Below are positions 9,926 to 19,359 of a stretch of 37,498 nucleotides of DNA, one piece after another. The position numbers and the translations under genes are program-made. Source of the stretch: a virus (Duplodnaviria > Caudoviricetes); the IMG/VR virus record IMGVR_UViG_3300036770_003979, positions 1 to 37,498 of that record, one strand, 5' to 3'. The notes beneath the pieces were generated by a model that worked only from the letters and a program-made list of their open reading frames with translations, was not told the origin of the DNA and searched no databases. Within the stretch, counting starts at the first letter, position 1, and the number at the start of each line of letters is the position of its first letter.

Positions 9926-11094
9926 CTTGAAACCTTGAAGTAATAGTTGTTATCAAAGATTTGGGAAACATCCCCACCATCAGTATCGACTCTAACTAAG
10001 ACTCTGTAAAATCTTTCTGGTTGAAAAGAATTCATCCACAAATTGAAATAGTTACCTTCAGTATCACAACTTATTTTACTACCAGTTAGGTTGAATGGTA
10101 TTATTACTTCATCCGTACTCGCATCTCTCACCTCATAGTATGAAGAAGATGGGAGATAATACTTCTGAGTGTAATACGATTGTGTTGTGTATGTTTTCTG
10201 AGGATACTTCGTATAAGCATCGACTCTTATCTTTGCCTTTTCTGTTTCAGAATAGGATCTTTTCAAGCTCACACCTACAACAACATCCTCAAGTGATACA
10301 GACGGAAGACTACCAGTGATAAACTGTGAGTCATCCCATACAGCTTGTAGTCTTGGCACGTAAATGGTGTTACTATCAGTACTAAAAAACTTTAGACTAG
10401 TTACCGACTGATTTAGAGCTTCCAATTCAGTTGAAAACTTCAGTATGAACCCCTCGTTATCAAATCTACCAGAACCGGTTATCCACTTGTTCACAATAGA
10501 TGTAACATCCATGTAAATGTCAGACGACTCGTATGCAAATGACTGTGTGCATTCTGTGTTTTCAAACGTCCACCAAGTTCCACCACCCACATTGGTAAAG
10601 TAGGATCCAGTTGAACTGGCAAACAGAGCACCAAAAATCAAATCAGCGTCAACCCAAGATTCGGATATTTCATCCCACTCGTAATTTATACCGCCAGTTA
10701 CTTCAGTTACACCCCAAAGTCTACCAACTTGTTTTGAACTACGATATGTCCAAGAAGCACCATCTGTTGTTATTGGAGTGTTGAAATATTTTCCAGTTCC
10801 ATTTACCCATGTACCGCTCACAGGATACGCATACACGGTGTACTCTTGTGGTATCTCTCTAACTTCTGCGGTTCTAAGCTGAAGGTAATATCTAGCGTCA
10901 CTCCCAATCTTTCCAGAGTTTACTCTCGACTCTATATCAGTCATATCGAACTTCATAAGAATTCGACTGTTGTAAATAGAAGACGAACCAACCAACTCAT
11001 GTGAAAGCTCAAGTATTTGATCAGTTCCCGTATTTAGGGATTCTGTCTTTTCATAGATAGTAGTATCAAACTTCGGGTAAATTGTGTAGATCAT
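9922..11094 (-). CDS. Virion structural protein with DNRLRE-like beta-sandwich N-terminus
   Basis: DTTIYE...NTG...SRILMKFD...W.NGTG...SW...NEGFILK...F.S.....P.L pattern resembles DNRLRE-type domains; directly follows the gp6-like gene. Confidence 0.5.
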   Translation of the reverse strand: MIYTIYPKFDTTIYEKTESLNTGTDQILELSHELVGSSSIYNSRILMKFDMTDIESRVNSGKIGSDARYYLQLRTAEVREIPQEYTVYAYPVSGTWVNGTGKYFNTPITTDGASWTYRSSKQVGRLWGVTEVTGGINYEWDEISESWVDADLIFGALFASSTGSYFTNVGGGTWWTFENTECTQSFAYESSDIYMDVTSIVNKWITGSGRFDNEGFILKFSTELEALNQSVTSLKFFSTDSNTIYVPRLQAVWDDSQFITGSLPSVSLEDVVVGVSLKRSYSETEKAKIRVDAYTKYPQKTYTTQSYYTQKYYLPSSSYYEVRDASTDEVIIPFNLTGSKISCDTEGNYFNLWMNSFQPERFYRVLVRVDTDGGDVSQIFDNNYYFKVSR

Positions 11095-12992
11095 CCAAAT
11101 GCCCTCACTCTACCAACAATATCATTGTCAGGATATTTGATTTCAAAAATAGATGGATCGAGGGATGGGAAAATGATACCATCCTTCGTTGCACGAACTA
11201 AATCATAAGCATATGGTGAATAACCTAATGTTGTATCATAATAGTTCACAAACTTCACATCAATTACAGTTTGAACACCTTCAACTCTGTCCAGTTCAGT
11301 GAAAACATTACTGATCACAATGGGTTGGTTTATCTGCCAACGTTTTATATCGAAATATCTCTTTAGTCGTTCTATACATCGAAGTATTACTTGGTTACCA
11401 TTTTGATCTGGTAACGTTATGATGTCAAACTCCACACCGATATTCACAACATATGCGTCCTTTATGTTTATGGCATCAGTGAGCATACGGTGGTGATTTA
11501 TGTATGTCTTTAGATTCTCTTTAGTCGCATCATTTATAGTAGTTAGTTTGTTATTAGCATCATATCCAAGTACATATAAATTCAAAGCCAGATCGTTCGC
11601 AACACGATCACTATTGAAGATAGATTCCTCGGTAAGTTGTGTGTCTTTTGTGATGTAAGCTTTTGCAATTGACCCGTAACGTTGTGGTAAACTATAAGCA
11701 CGTATTATGTAGTCTTCTTTTGTTACCGCCCTATTCTGTGACGCAAATGAGGCAAGTGCATTCTGACGGATTTCGTTTATGGTTTCACCATCCATACCAC
11801 CGGTTGCTGGTTGAGTGTTTGTTGTTGCTAAACTACCAATTACCTGATTGTAAAGCGTCGTATCTAAACCAGTTTCATCCAAGGTTATAGTTCTACTTAT
11901 GATTCGAGTCAAAGTTTCAGAACTAACGTTGTCACGAACTCCACCACCTTGTGTGTAGTAAACCGTTAGTGTTGTATTATTAGGTGCCAATCCATATGTC
12001 TTCGTATAGAGAAAGTTTGAAGGATCTATGTTTGGCGAAGCTGACGTTTCTATACCTGATAAAGATGAACCGATTAGGTCTGGATTTGGTATGATTTCCT
12101 CGTCATCAAAATCAGAAACTCCGGCTCCAAAGTTTATCTCATATGAGCTAGAGAAGTTGTTACCAAACGCACGAGAAGAAAATCTACGTGCAACTTTATT
12201 CAACTTCAACAAGTATGGTGTTTCATTTCTATGGATATTCAATGATGTGTCATTTCTTGGAATGTTCGGAACTGCCTCAAAGACAGTATCTTGTGCAAGA
12301 TACGGTACATGATACCATTTATTTGCATCGGAGTCTATAGCATATAGTATCTCGATAATCCTATCGTCTTGTAGTATGACTTTATCATATGGTTTTGGTG
12401 ATCCGAAATCATAAGTTGTAGTCTTTAGAACACCAGAAACCGCATTCACAGACTTCTTTAGTAAGTAAAAGGTTGGTTCGTTTGATATATCATCAACTTC
12501 GAAAACTGTTATCTCAGTTGGATCAAAAGAACTACTGAACCTAAAGTCTAAATACTCTATTGTTCTGAATTGAATACTACTATCGTTTTCCGCCGATACT
12601 TGCATACCGGGTTCTATTGCAAAAGCATAGTTCCAATCGGGTCTGTTGTTTATTCCACTACCAATAGCTGGTACAATTTGAAATACATCAAGAGTTACAT
12701 TAGCAGCAACAGATGTCTTTGGTGTGTATCCAAATGATTGTGCAAGGTTCAAAATATTCTGAGTCTCTGATGCCTGAAGAATCATGGATTCTTGTAGAGC
12801 TACGTCGGTATAGTAAGAAAGTACATCACCAACGTAGGCAGACATTTCAAGAAACATCATGCCAGGTGAAGACTCGTTGAAGTCTTGGTATGAGTTAGGA
12901 AAATAATTCCTTGCAAAATCGATTAGATTTTGACGTAGTGATCCGAAATCTCTAGCGAGATAACGAATATCCTTTTTTACTAAATCTGCCAT
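11091..12992 (-). CDS. Baseplate wedge subunit (T4 gp6 / baseplate J-like)
   Basis: RDFGSLRQNL, DFNESSPGMMFLEMSAYVGDVLSYY, LAQSFGY, GG..GET..EIRQNA and QNRAVTKEDY are characteristic of gp6/baseplate-J proteins; adjacent to the gp25-like gene. Confidence 0.9.
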   Translation of the reverse strand: MADLVKKDIRYLARDFGSLRQNLIDFARNYFPNSYQDFNESSPGMMFLEMSAYVGDVLSYYTDVALQESMILQASETQNILNLAQSFGYTPKTSVAANVTLDVFQIVPAIGSGINNRPDWNYAFAIEPGMQVSAENDSSIQFRTIEYLDFRFSSSFDPTEITVFEVDDISNEPTFYLLKKSVNAVSGVLKTTTYDFGSPKPYDKVILQDDRIIEILYAIDSDANKWYHVPYLAQDTVFEAVPNIPRNDTSLNIHRNETPYLLKLNKVARRFSSRAFGNNFSSSYEINFGAGVSDFDDEEIIPNPDLIGSSLSGIETSASPNIDPSNFLYTKTYGLAPNNTTLTVYYTQGGGVRDNVSSETLTRIISRTITLDETGLDTTLYNQVIGSLATTNTQPATGGMDGETINEIRQNALASFASQNRAVTKEDYIIRAYSLPQRYGSIAKAYITKDTQLTEESIFNSDRVANDLALNLYVLGYDANNKLTTINDATKENLKTYINHHRMLTDAINIKDAYVVNIGVEFDIITLPDQNGNQVILRCIERLKRYFDIKRWQINQPIVISNVFTELDRVEGVQTVIDVKFVNYYDTTLGYSPYAYDLVRATKDGIIFPSLDPSIFEIKYPDNDIVGRVRAFG

Positions 12993-13513
12993 TAGTTCTG
13001 AGCCTCTTCTGTTACACGAATAGTTGCTGTTTCAGATATAAATATCCTGACCGGCAAATATATGTTTGTTCCTGAGATTTGAACACGTAAAAATATGCTT
13101 ACTGCGTGTTCGGGATTATCCACTTGACCTTCATCTGTTATGTTTATATCGACGGTAAGATCCGTAATAACCAAGTACGGCAACCAACGAGAAATCGCTG
13201 AAGATATTTCGCCTCTAAGTCTTGATGAGAAGTCCTCCTCATTACTGATATTTTCAAACAAAACACCCCGTATATCCGTACCAAATTCTGGTTCAAAGTA
13301 CCTCTCACCTTTAGCTGTAAGTAACAGGTTCCTTAGGTTACTCAAAACTTGCTCACGGTTCGTAAAACTCTTGAAGAATACTCCACTCGGATTGTTGAAT
13401 GGTATAGTAATACCAATCGGTTTTAGAGTCCCTGGTTTTGTCAAATCACGAATCTGTGATGTGTTTTGATCTACGGGTGAGTTGATGAGAATGGTTTTTC
13501 TTCTAAATGCCAT
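12992..13513 (-). CDS. Baseplate protein, gp25/GPW family (sheath initiator)
   Basis: NLRNLLLTAKGERYFEPEFGTDIRGVLFE...AISRWLPY is the gp25 signature. Confidence 0.9.
   Translation of the reverse strand: MAFRRKTILINSPVDQNTSQIRDLTKPGTLKPIGITIPFNNPSGVFFKSFTNREQVLSNLRNLLLTAKGERYFEPEFGTDIRGVLFENISNEEDFSSRLRGEISSAISRWLPYLVITDLTVDINITDEGQVDNPEHAVSIFLRVQISGTNIYLPVRIFISETATIRVTEEAQN
13037..13044 (-). promoter_or_regulatory. Possible internal late promoter TATTTATA for the gp6-like gene
   Basis: GATATTTATA on the minus strand inside the 3' end of the gp25-like gene, 45 nt upstream of the 12992 start. Confidence 0.4.
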
Positions 13514-13515
13514 TA

Positions 13516-13944
13516 TTACGCTCCCTTTTTCTCGTTTATCTTAGCCATGAGAGATGAGTAATCACGAGTAAGAGCCTTTGATACTTCAGGAGTTAGTTCG
13601 CTATCCGAATAACCGTCAGGAACCATACTTGGGGTTTGTCTGCCAGCTACGATAGAGTCCGTAGTAAAACGCATCTCAGGGTACTCATCATCTGACATCG
13701 CAGCTTCCATTGATAATCGTGTCTCATTCAGTATATCTTGAATACTACTCAAACCAGTTTTAGATGGTTTCTGTTTTGGTTTTTTTACCAAACCAACTTC
13801 TTTCATCAAACTCATACCGTGGTTTAGAGTTTCGGTATCCAACTTTTTCTTCACCTGACTCTCGTTCAGTTTTTTCTCAAGAGCATATTCTATCTCTTCA
13901 CGAATGATAACCCGTATTTGTTTTAGTAATTTGTCTAAACTCAT
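13516..13944 (-). CDS. Hypothetical phage protein
   Basis: 142 aa ORF tightly packed between baseplate genes; GGAGG RBS; IREE and ALTRDYSSLM segments. Confidence 0.75.
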   Translation of the reverse strand: MSLDKLLKQIRVIIREEIEYALEKKLNESQVKKKLDTETLNHGMSLMKEVGLVKKPKQKPSKTGLSSIQDILNETRLSMEAAMSDDEYPEMRFTTDSIVAGRQTPSMVPDGYSDSELTPEVSKALTRDYSSLMAKINEKKGA

Positions 13945-13945
13945 T

Positions 13946-16585
13946 TTACACCTCCATTATATCACGTAGCAAGTTATAAGCACTTGTCTGATCTTTCTTG
14001 ACTAGACCTAGTTTTTTATCATTATTTTGTACTCGTTGAATATATTCATTGTATAGCTCGGTTTTTTTCACACTAATACCAAGTCCATTAGTGTAGGGGG
14101 TTTTTGTTCCACGTTTTACAATATAAATTACAGAACCACCAAATTTACTGATGTTAGGGTATGCCTTGAGACCTAAAGTTGTACCGTTTCTGGTACCATC
14201 TGAATAACCAGAGTTTCCAAATATGACATATACCTTTGAAGTTTTACTTATATGTAATAATAACTCGGTATGACCAGGTCTAACAATATACGCACCAGGC
14301 CAGTCTTTCAAAATATTCCACAGTTCAAGACCTTCAGTGGTAAATCCACTATCCGTAAAATGTATACCCTTTTCAAACTTGATAACATCATTTGTAACAA
14401 CATACTTTGAAATGGGCGTATTCCGGATCTCTTCTCGCCGTTTTTCCAATTCAACTATTTCCGAAAGTAAGTTTTCTTTTGTTGCCTCTTTATTTCTTAT
14501 ATCAGATTCAACCTTATCTAGGTCAACTTTCTTACTACGTTCAGTCTTTTCGAGCTTAGGAGTTGGATCTACTAATAAATCAGCTTGAATTTGTGTTAAG
14601 TCAGCGGTCAACTTCGTTCGCTTTCCATATAAACCCTTTTTCTTATTTTGAAGTGAGTCGTCTATACTTGCTATTAGTTTCTTTTTTGACTTTATATCAC
14701 CATCTAACTTATTGATAGCTTTCCTTTGCCTTTCGGCTTCTGCATTAGGATTGTTCACTGGAGAATTAGCAAAGTATGTAGTAATAACACCAGTTCCAAC
14801 TATTGGCAACTTAGTTTCATCTGAAACGTATATGCCGTTTTTAAACAACATAAAATCTACCGTAAGTCCACACCAATATGGGGTTTCACTCCAATTAGAG
14901 TCCAAATTACCCTTATTCACATTAGCCCCCGTTTGTCCCAATACACCTTTTTCTTCATCAGTAACGTAAGATCCTTTTATCATAAGAAGATGTGGCTCAG
15001 AACCCTCATCGAATAAGTATGGTAGATTTTTATTGAAACCACCAACAGTCATGGTATTCATCAACAAACAAACATCAAGTGGTGATTGTATTTTGTTTTC
15101 ATATCCAGAAAAAAATTTAGATAAGTTAGTACCCCAGTCGAATAAACTCTTGTAATTTTTTGGGGTAGAAACATTTAGATTTACAGGTGGTGGTTGCTTT
15201 GGTGGATACGGTCGTTCTCCCAAAAGCCTACGATTCCATATAAATCTATCACCGGATTTTGGTGGATTTTTGTTTATCCAAGATACGAATGTTGGCGTTT
15301 CTGTATTCAACGTTTCGGGATCTAATTTATCAGGTTTTTGTTCTTCTGGTATAGGATCAGTTTTACTGTCTGTGCTTGCAGTTTTTCCGTCCTTCAAGTC
15401 TGGATTTGGGCCAACAGGCCCAGACAAAGCTTTTTCTTTGGCTTGTGCCTTAGCAAGAGCATCAGATTCCTCGGCCTTTATTTGTGCAAGCGTTCTTTTT
15501 TCTATTTCAATTCGTTCATTTTCTGCAACTACAGTATTCACCCCATCAGTCGGCTTTAGTGGATTCTCCGTATTTCTAATTGCTGTCTGTTGTGTTGTTA
15601 TTGCATTCAATCCACCCGATCTAAACGAGGATTCAACCTCCTCATCTGTAACAGCTCTAACCGAGATATATCTAATCGGTGCAGTTGGAACAGTTTCACT
15701 TCTAATGCCGGGGTCATCGTCTTTTACGGCTTCGATAGAAAGATACTTTATACCACCAGTACTAGTTGGAGTCGTAGGAGTTGATGGTGTAGTTGAAATA
15801 GGCGAAGTTACAGAACCTAAATTTGAATCTCCGGTTACATCAACAGAATCAGTAGGTACAGATGGTACTACCACACCAGTATCTGTTGGTGTGAGGGTTG
15901 TTGGTGTCTCGATCAATCCGTCTGGTTTAGGAAATATACTATTATAGTCCCCCAAACTAAAAACGGCGAACCCAACTAATGCAAGTGAATCTAATTGAGG
16001 TATAGATTCAACTTTCAATTTTGTGTTTACGAATTGTAGATATGTATCAAACCTACCGTTTGAAGTTATGTTCGCTACAGGATAATCAAAAGCAGAAAGT
16101 TCTTTCCTAAGCTGAGAGAACGCATTTGAATTATTAGGCACTTCTATTTTTCTTATCCCACCGCCTCCGGTGAATATCTCACTAGCAGTTCCAGAATTCT
16201 GACCCTTCAGGTACAATCTTTCTATGATTGAATAATTCAGTGTTATTTTACTCGAATCGATACTTGTAATTGAACAAATACATTCCAAGATTACATACGA
16301 AAACACACCATCAGTTGTTGAGAACTTTTCAACCATACCGTCACGTATAGTAGAAAGTATGAAGCCTCTATTTTCGGTATCAGATTTACCTAATATAGAC
16401 GAATTTAGTTTAGGAGAAAAATCATCCGCGGTTGCAGTTGCACTTATTACAGAAATACCATTCTTTAGTAATCCTGCTTGTTTTGCAGACTGAACTGATC
16501 TACCAACAAACGTAGTTTGAAGTTGAAGTATCTTCTGGCTTTTTTCATTATCATATTGTTGTTGTATTTCAGCTTGTGTTGCCAT
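13946..16585 (-). CDS. Putative baseplate-associated peptidoglycan hydrolase with an interrupted CHAP-like C-terminal domain
   Basis: PYWCGLTVDFML (Cys box), RPGHTELL (His box) and VIFGN; T/P/S-rich linker; lies between the spike-like and gp25-like genes. The ORF is secure, the function is inferred. Confidence 0.5.
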   Translation of the reverse strand: MATQAEIQQQYDNEKSQKILQLQTTFVGRSVQSAKQAGLLKNGISVISATATADDFSPKLNSSILGKSDTENRGFILSTIRDGMVEKFSTTDGVFSYVILECICSITSIDSSKITLNYSIIERLYLKGQNSGTASEIFTGGGGIRKIEVPNNSNAFSQLRKELSAFDYPVANITSNGRFDTYLQFVNTKLKVESIPQLDSLALVGFAVFSLGDYNSIFPKPDGLIETPTTLTPTDTGVVVPSVPTDSVDVTGDSNLGSVTSPISTTPSTPTTPTSTGGIKYLSIEAVKDDDPGIRSETVPTAPIRYISVRAVTDEEVESSFRSGGLNAITTQQTAIRNTENPLKPTDGVNTVVAENERIEIEKRTLAQIKAEESDALAKAQAKEKALSGPVGPNPDLKDGKTASTDSKTDPIPEEQKPDKLDPETLNTETPTFVSWINKNPPKSGDRFIWNRRLLGERPYPPKQPPPVNLNVSTPKNYKSLFDWGTNLSKFFSGYENKIQSPLDVCLLMNTMTVGGFNKNLPYLFDEGSEPHLLMIKGSYVTDEEKGVLGQTGANVNKGNLDSNWSETPYWCGLTVDFMLFKNGIYVSDETKLPIVGTGVITTYFANSPVNNPNAEAERQRKAINKLDGDIKSKKKLIASIDDSLQNKKKGLYGKRTKLTADLTQIQADLLVDPTPKLEKTERSKKVDLDKVESDIRNKEATKENLLSEIVELEKRREEIRNTPISKYVVTNDVIKFEKGIHFTDSGFTTEGLELWNILKDWPGAYIVRPGHTELLLHISKTSKVYVIFGNSGYSDGTRNGTTLGLKAYPNISKFGGSVIYIVKRGTKTPYTNGLGISVKKTELYNEYIQRVQNNDKKLGLVKKDQTSAYNLLRDIMEV

Positions 16586-16607
16586 TTAGATTCTCACCTG
16601 AATCAAA

Positions 16608-17930
16608 CTATACTAAACGTGATGTCCCGTCGCCATCTTGTTTTTGTGGGATAGTTACAACAAAATTGTTATTTTTAGATTCATTGAATCTGTTTTTATC
16701 AGCCTGATTGGCACCACCTGAAAATTCATTCACAAAAGCAAACTTACTTGCCAAATTAGGAAGAGTACTTATAAGACGACTTAGTTGATTTATGTAATTG
16801 ATATAGTCCCCACTGTTGACAGGAGTTCCTGACGGGCCTACTCCAGTTGGATGTGTCATCTGAACTATAGACGTATTCATATCTATCAATACGTCCATCA
16901 AAAACTTCAAAAGATCTATCAGTCTATCACCCAATATCACAGGTGAGGTAGCATTGAAACCGATTGATATTCTACCACCTTCTATTTCAACGATATTCTT
17001 TGCGTTTAGTGCAAGTGTGGCCTCTGTTGCGAACCCGATACCGGCTTTAGAGAATCCAACTATTTCTTGTTTGTTGGCATTCAATACGATTCTATCAGAT
17101 GCTAGTATTATTTGATTTCCACCAAATAGGTTCTTTCTAAATAGTCCAATCTCCTTATCAAAAATAGATGGGGTATACTCAGAAGCGGGTTTGAATTTTA
17201 CAGACTGTCCTGATGTAAGCCAGATAGATGCATCGTCATTATCCGGACTTTCGATGTGAAACTGATTGAAAGTTTTTTCATTTCGTTTTGGATTCGTCCC
17301 GTTTGAAATGATTGTAATGGGATTTCCTGTTGCACCAGTTCCAACACCCCATGTAGGATTTTGTTGGTATCTACGTCTCGTGTCAACTGTTGAACCTAGA
17401 CGAATAGATTGACCCCATCTGCCTTCAAAAATAATATCACCTGAGTAAGGCTGGATCGGAAATACGTCGAGTCTTTCTGGAAATGTAGGATCGATGGTAT
17501 CTTTTACAAGAGTATTGTCAGTTAGTCTTGATGGTAACCCAAGACTAGAATCAGTTGCCTTATTTGTATTACTCCGTTCATCTAAAACAACTCTGTTTGC
17601 ACCAGGAAGTCCATTCTGGTGTACCGATGATTGAATTGAAATGGGTGATGTGTAATAATACTCACGACCACTACCAGCACCAGAATGATATGCGGTTGGC
17701 CCCTTACAAACAAAAACTACCTCACCTTTTAGTGGTATTTGTTTTATGTTTGCGTTGATTGGTTTAGCCTGCACCAAGTCCATTGGTGAGCCAGCCGAAT
17801 CGGAATTCAGAAACTTACATTGAATAGTAAAAAGTCGGTTAGGAGTTTTATTCTCATAATCAACACTAACGACTTCTGCGGGTGCCCATTCATATTCTTC
17901 GGCGTTAAGTATTATCTTTTTGGGATTCAT
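16608..17930 (-). CDS. Baseplate hub/spike protein (T4 gp5 / P2 gpV-like)
   Basis: N-terminal OB-fold-like region (AEVVSV...QIPLKGEVVFV), GDIIFEGRWGQSIRLGST, a beta-helix-like stretch (QIILASDRIVLNA) and a THPTGVGPSGTP tip motif. Confidence 0.75.
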   Translation of the reverse strand: MNPKKIILNAEEYEWAPAEVVSVDYENKTPNRLFTIQCKFLNSDSAGSPMDLVQAKPINANIKQIPLKGEVVFVCKGPTAYHSGAGSGREYYYTSPISIQSSVHQNGLPGANRVVLDERSNTNKATDSSLGLPSRLTDNTLVKDTIDPTFPERLDVFPIQPYSGDIIFEGRWGQSIRLGSTVDTRRRYQQNPTWGVGTGATGNPITIISNGTNPKRNEKTFNQFHIESPDNDDASIWLTSGQSVKFKPASEYTPSIFDKEIGLFRKNLFGGNQIILASDRIVLNANKQEIVGFSKAGIGFATEATLALNAKNIVEIEGGRISIGFNATSPVILGDRLIDLLKFLMDVLIDMNTSIVQMTHPTGVGPSGTPVNSGDYINYINQLSRLISTLPNLASKFAFVNEFSGGANQADKNRFNESKNNNFVVTIPQKQDGDGTSRLV

Positions 17931-18276
17931 CTATTTTTGTCTCCTCCTTTGCTTCACCGATGTTTTTTATCTCTTTTAGAAGAGCATCCTTTTCCTCGTC
18001 TGTCAAGAATGAGCTCCCTTCATCCGTAGTTTTCGAGACCATACGTTGAACAACAGCAGCGAGTTTTACAAGATGTTCGTCATTCTTGACGGATACTTCC
18101 ATGTAATCTTTGATTACGGGTACAAGTAAAGCCGCATCACTTATATTTGTGATAAGAGGCTTCAAGTCCGCAATCAGAAGATTTATCTGCCGGTCTTTCT
18201 TTTTTTGGTTCTCGTAAATATCTTTGAGTAAATCCGAGAACTTTTTACTTCCAAATATTTCTGTATCAAAGCTCAT
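17905..18276 (-). CDS. Helical hypothetical protein
   Basis: 123 aa ORF between the sigma factor and spike genes, overlapping the next gene by 26 nt. Confidence 0.75.
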   Translation of the reverse strand: MSFDTEIFGSKKFSDLLKDIYENQKKKDRQINLLIADLKPLITNISDAALLVPVIKDYMEVSVKNDEHLVKLAAVVQRMVSKTTDEGSSFLTDEEKDALLKEIKNIGEAKEETKIDESQKDNT

Positions 18277-18291
18277 ATAACTATAACTATG

Positions 18292-19023
18292 TTAATCCTC
18301 AATAATGTCTTGAATGTCAAACCAATCCATATCGGCTATGTTTCTTCCGTCTGAATATGCCTCATAGAGTCTTCCGTAGATAAACTTGAACTTGGTAATG
18401 ACATTTGTTATGTACTGTGTTTTTATACCTGTTCTTTCTCTAATGAGAATATATAGAGCCTTTTTATTGTAGTTTTCTATGTTGTCACGAGTTTTGAAAA
18501 GATACAATACCGAGTCTGCTACTTGTAAATCTCTGTTCTTTGTAAAAATCAAAGGCAAAAATTGTTCCATGATTTCTGCAAACATATCTATGAAGTCTTT
18601 TTGTTCGTCAATATATTCACTACGTAACTGTTCATTTACGATATTTCGTTCAGAATCTATTGTCTCTAAACTATGTCTTTTCTTATAGTGATAATAGTTC
18701 TTGTTATTCTCAGCTATCAGATAGTTCTTTGCAACTATTGAAAAATAAGAGAATGCCTTGAACCCACTTTCTCCATCGTATTTACTTATCTTCTCATGTA
18801 AGAACGTAACAACTTCATGTTTTACATCTTCATGTGGGACGTCGAAACTATAAAACTTGAATCGGTGTATCATAATCTCTGCCAACTTGTAAAATGCAGG
18901 ATGAATTTTCTTCGTGTAGATTATGTTTCTAATAACCGGGTCTTCACACTTATTGTACTCGTTTATTGCATCCTCTGTTTCCTGTGTGAAATAGATATTC
19001 TGCTTCTTTTTCTTTACTTCCAT
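18292..19023 (-). CDS. Phage late-transcription sigma factor (T4 gp55-like)
   Basis: YFTQETE..I..YN, FYKLAE.MI..FKFY, EDVKHE, KYD...FKAFSYFSIVAKNYL match a sigma region-2 / gp55-type pattern. Confidence 0.75.
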   Translation of the reverse strand: MEVKKKKQNIYFTQETEDAINEYNKCEDPVIRNIIYTKKIHPAFYKLAEIMIHRFKFYSFDVPHEDVKHEVVTFLHEKISKYDGESGFKAFSYFSIVAKNYLIAENNKNYYHYKKRHSLETIDSERNIVNEQLRSEYIDEQKDFIDMFAEIMEQFLPLIFTKNRDLQVADSVLYLFKTRDNIENYNKKALYILIRERTGIKTQYITNVITKFKFIYGRLYEAYSDGRNIADMDWFDIQDIIED

Positions 19024-19025
19024 AA

Positions 19026-19358
19026 TCAGATCCTCTCTATTCTACCATTGAAAGAATTTCTTGATGTTTCTTCTTCCGATGGTTCATCATCTATTTCTAA
19101 GTAGACAGCAATATCATTGATTACTTTCTTTAGCTCATTGAAAAAGACTCCTACTTCATCATCCGCCTCAAACGAACCCTTTCTATCCAATTGTTTCAAA
19201 TACGATTGTTGACTTAGTACACGGTTTCGCATGGAGAAGATAAAGTCTACATTTTCCTGAGCAACTCTTTCGAGTGCCTGGTACTTTGTGTAAAGATTGT
19301 ATATTACATAGAATGATACAAGTAGTAATAAAACCAAAAACAAAACCATAAACTCCAT
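19026..19358 (-). CDS. Membrane-anchored coiled-coil hypothetical protein
   Basis: Start moved to MEFMVLF (GAGG RBS, avoids ClpP overlap); N-terminal hydrophobic helix; LDRKGSFEADDEVG motif. Confidence 0.7.
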   Translation of the reverse strand: MEFMVLFLVLLLLVSFYVIYNLYTKYQALERVAQENVDFIFSMRNRVLSQQSYLKQLDRKGSFEADDEVGVFFNELKKVINDIAVYLEIDDEPSEEETSRNSFNGRIERI

Positions 19359-19359
19359 A

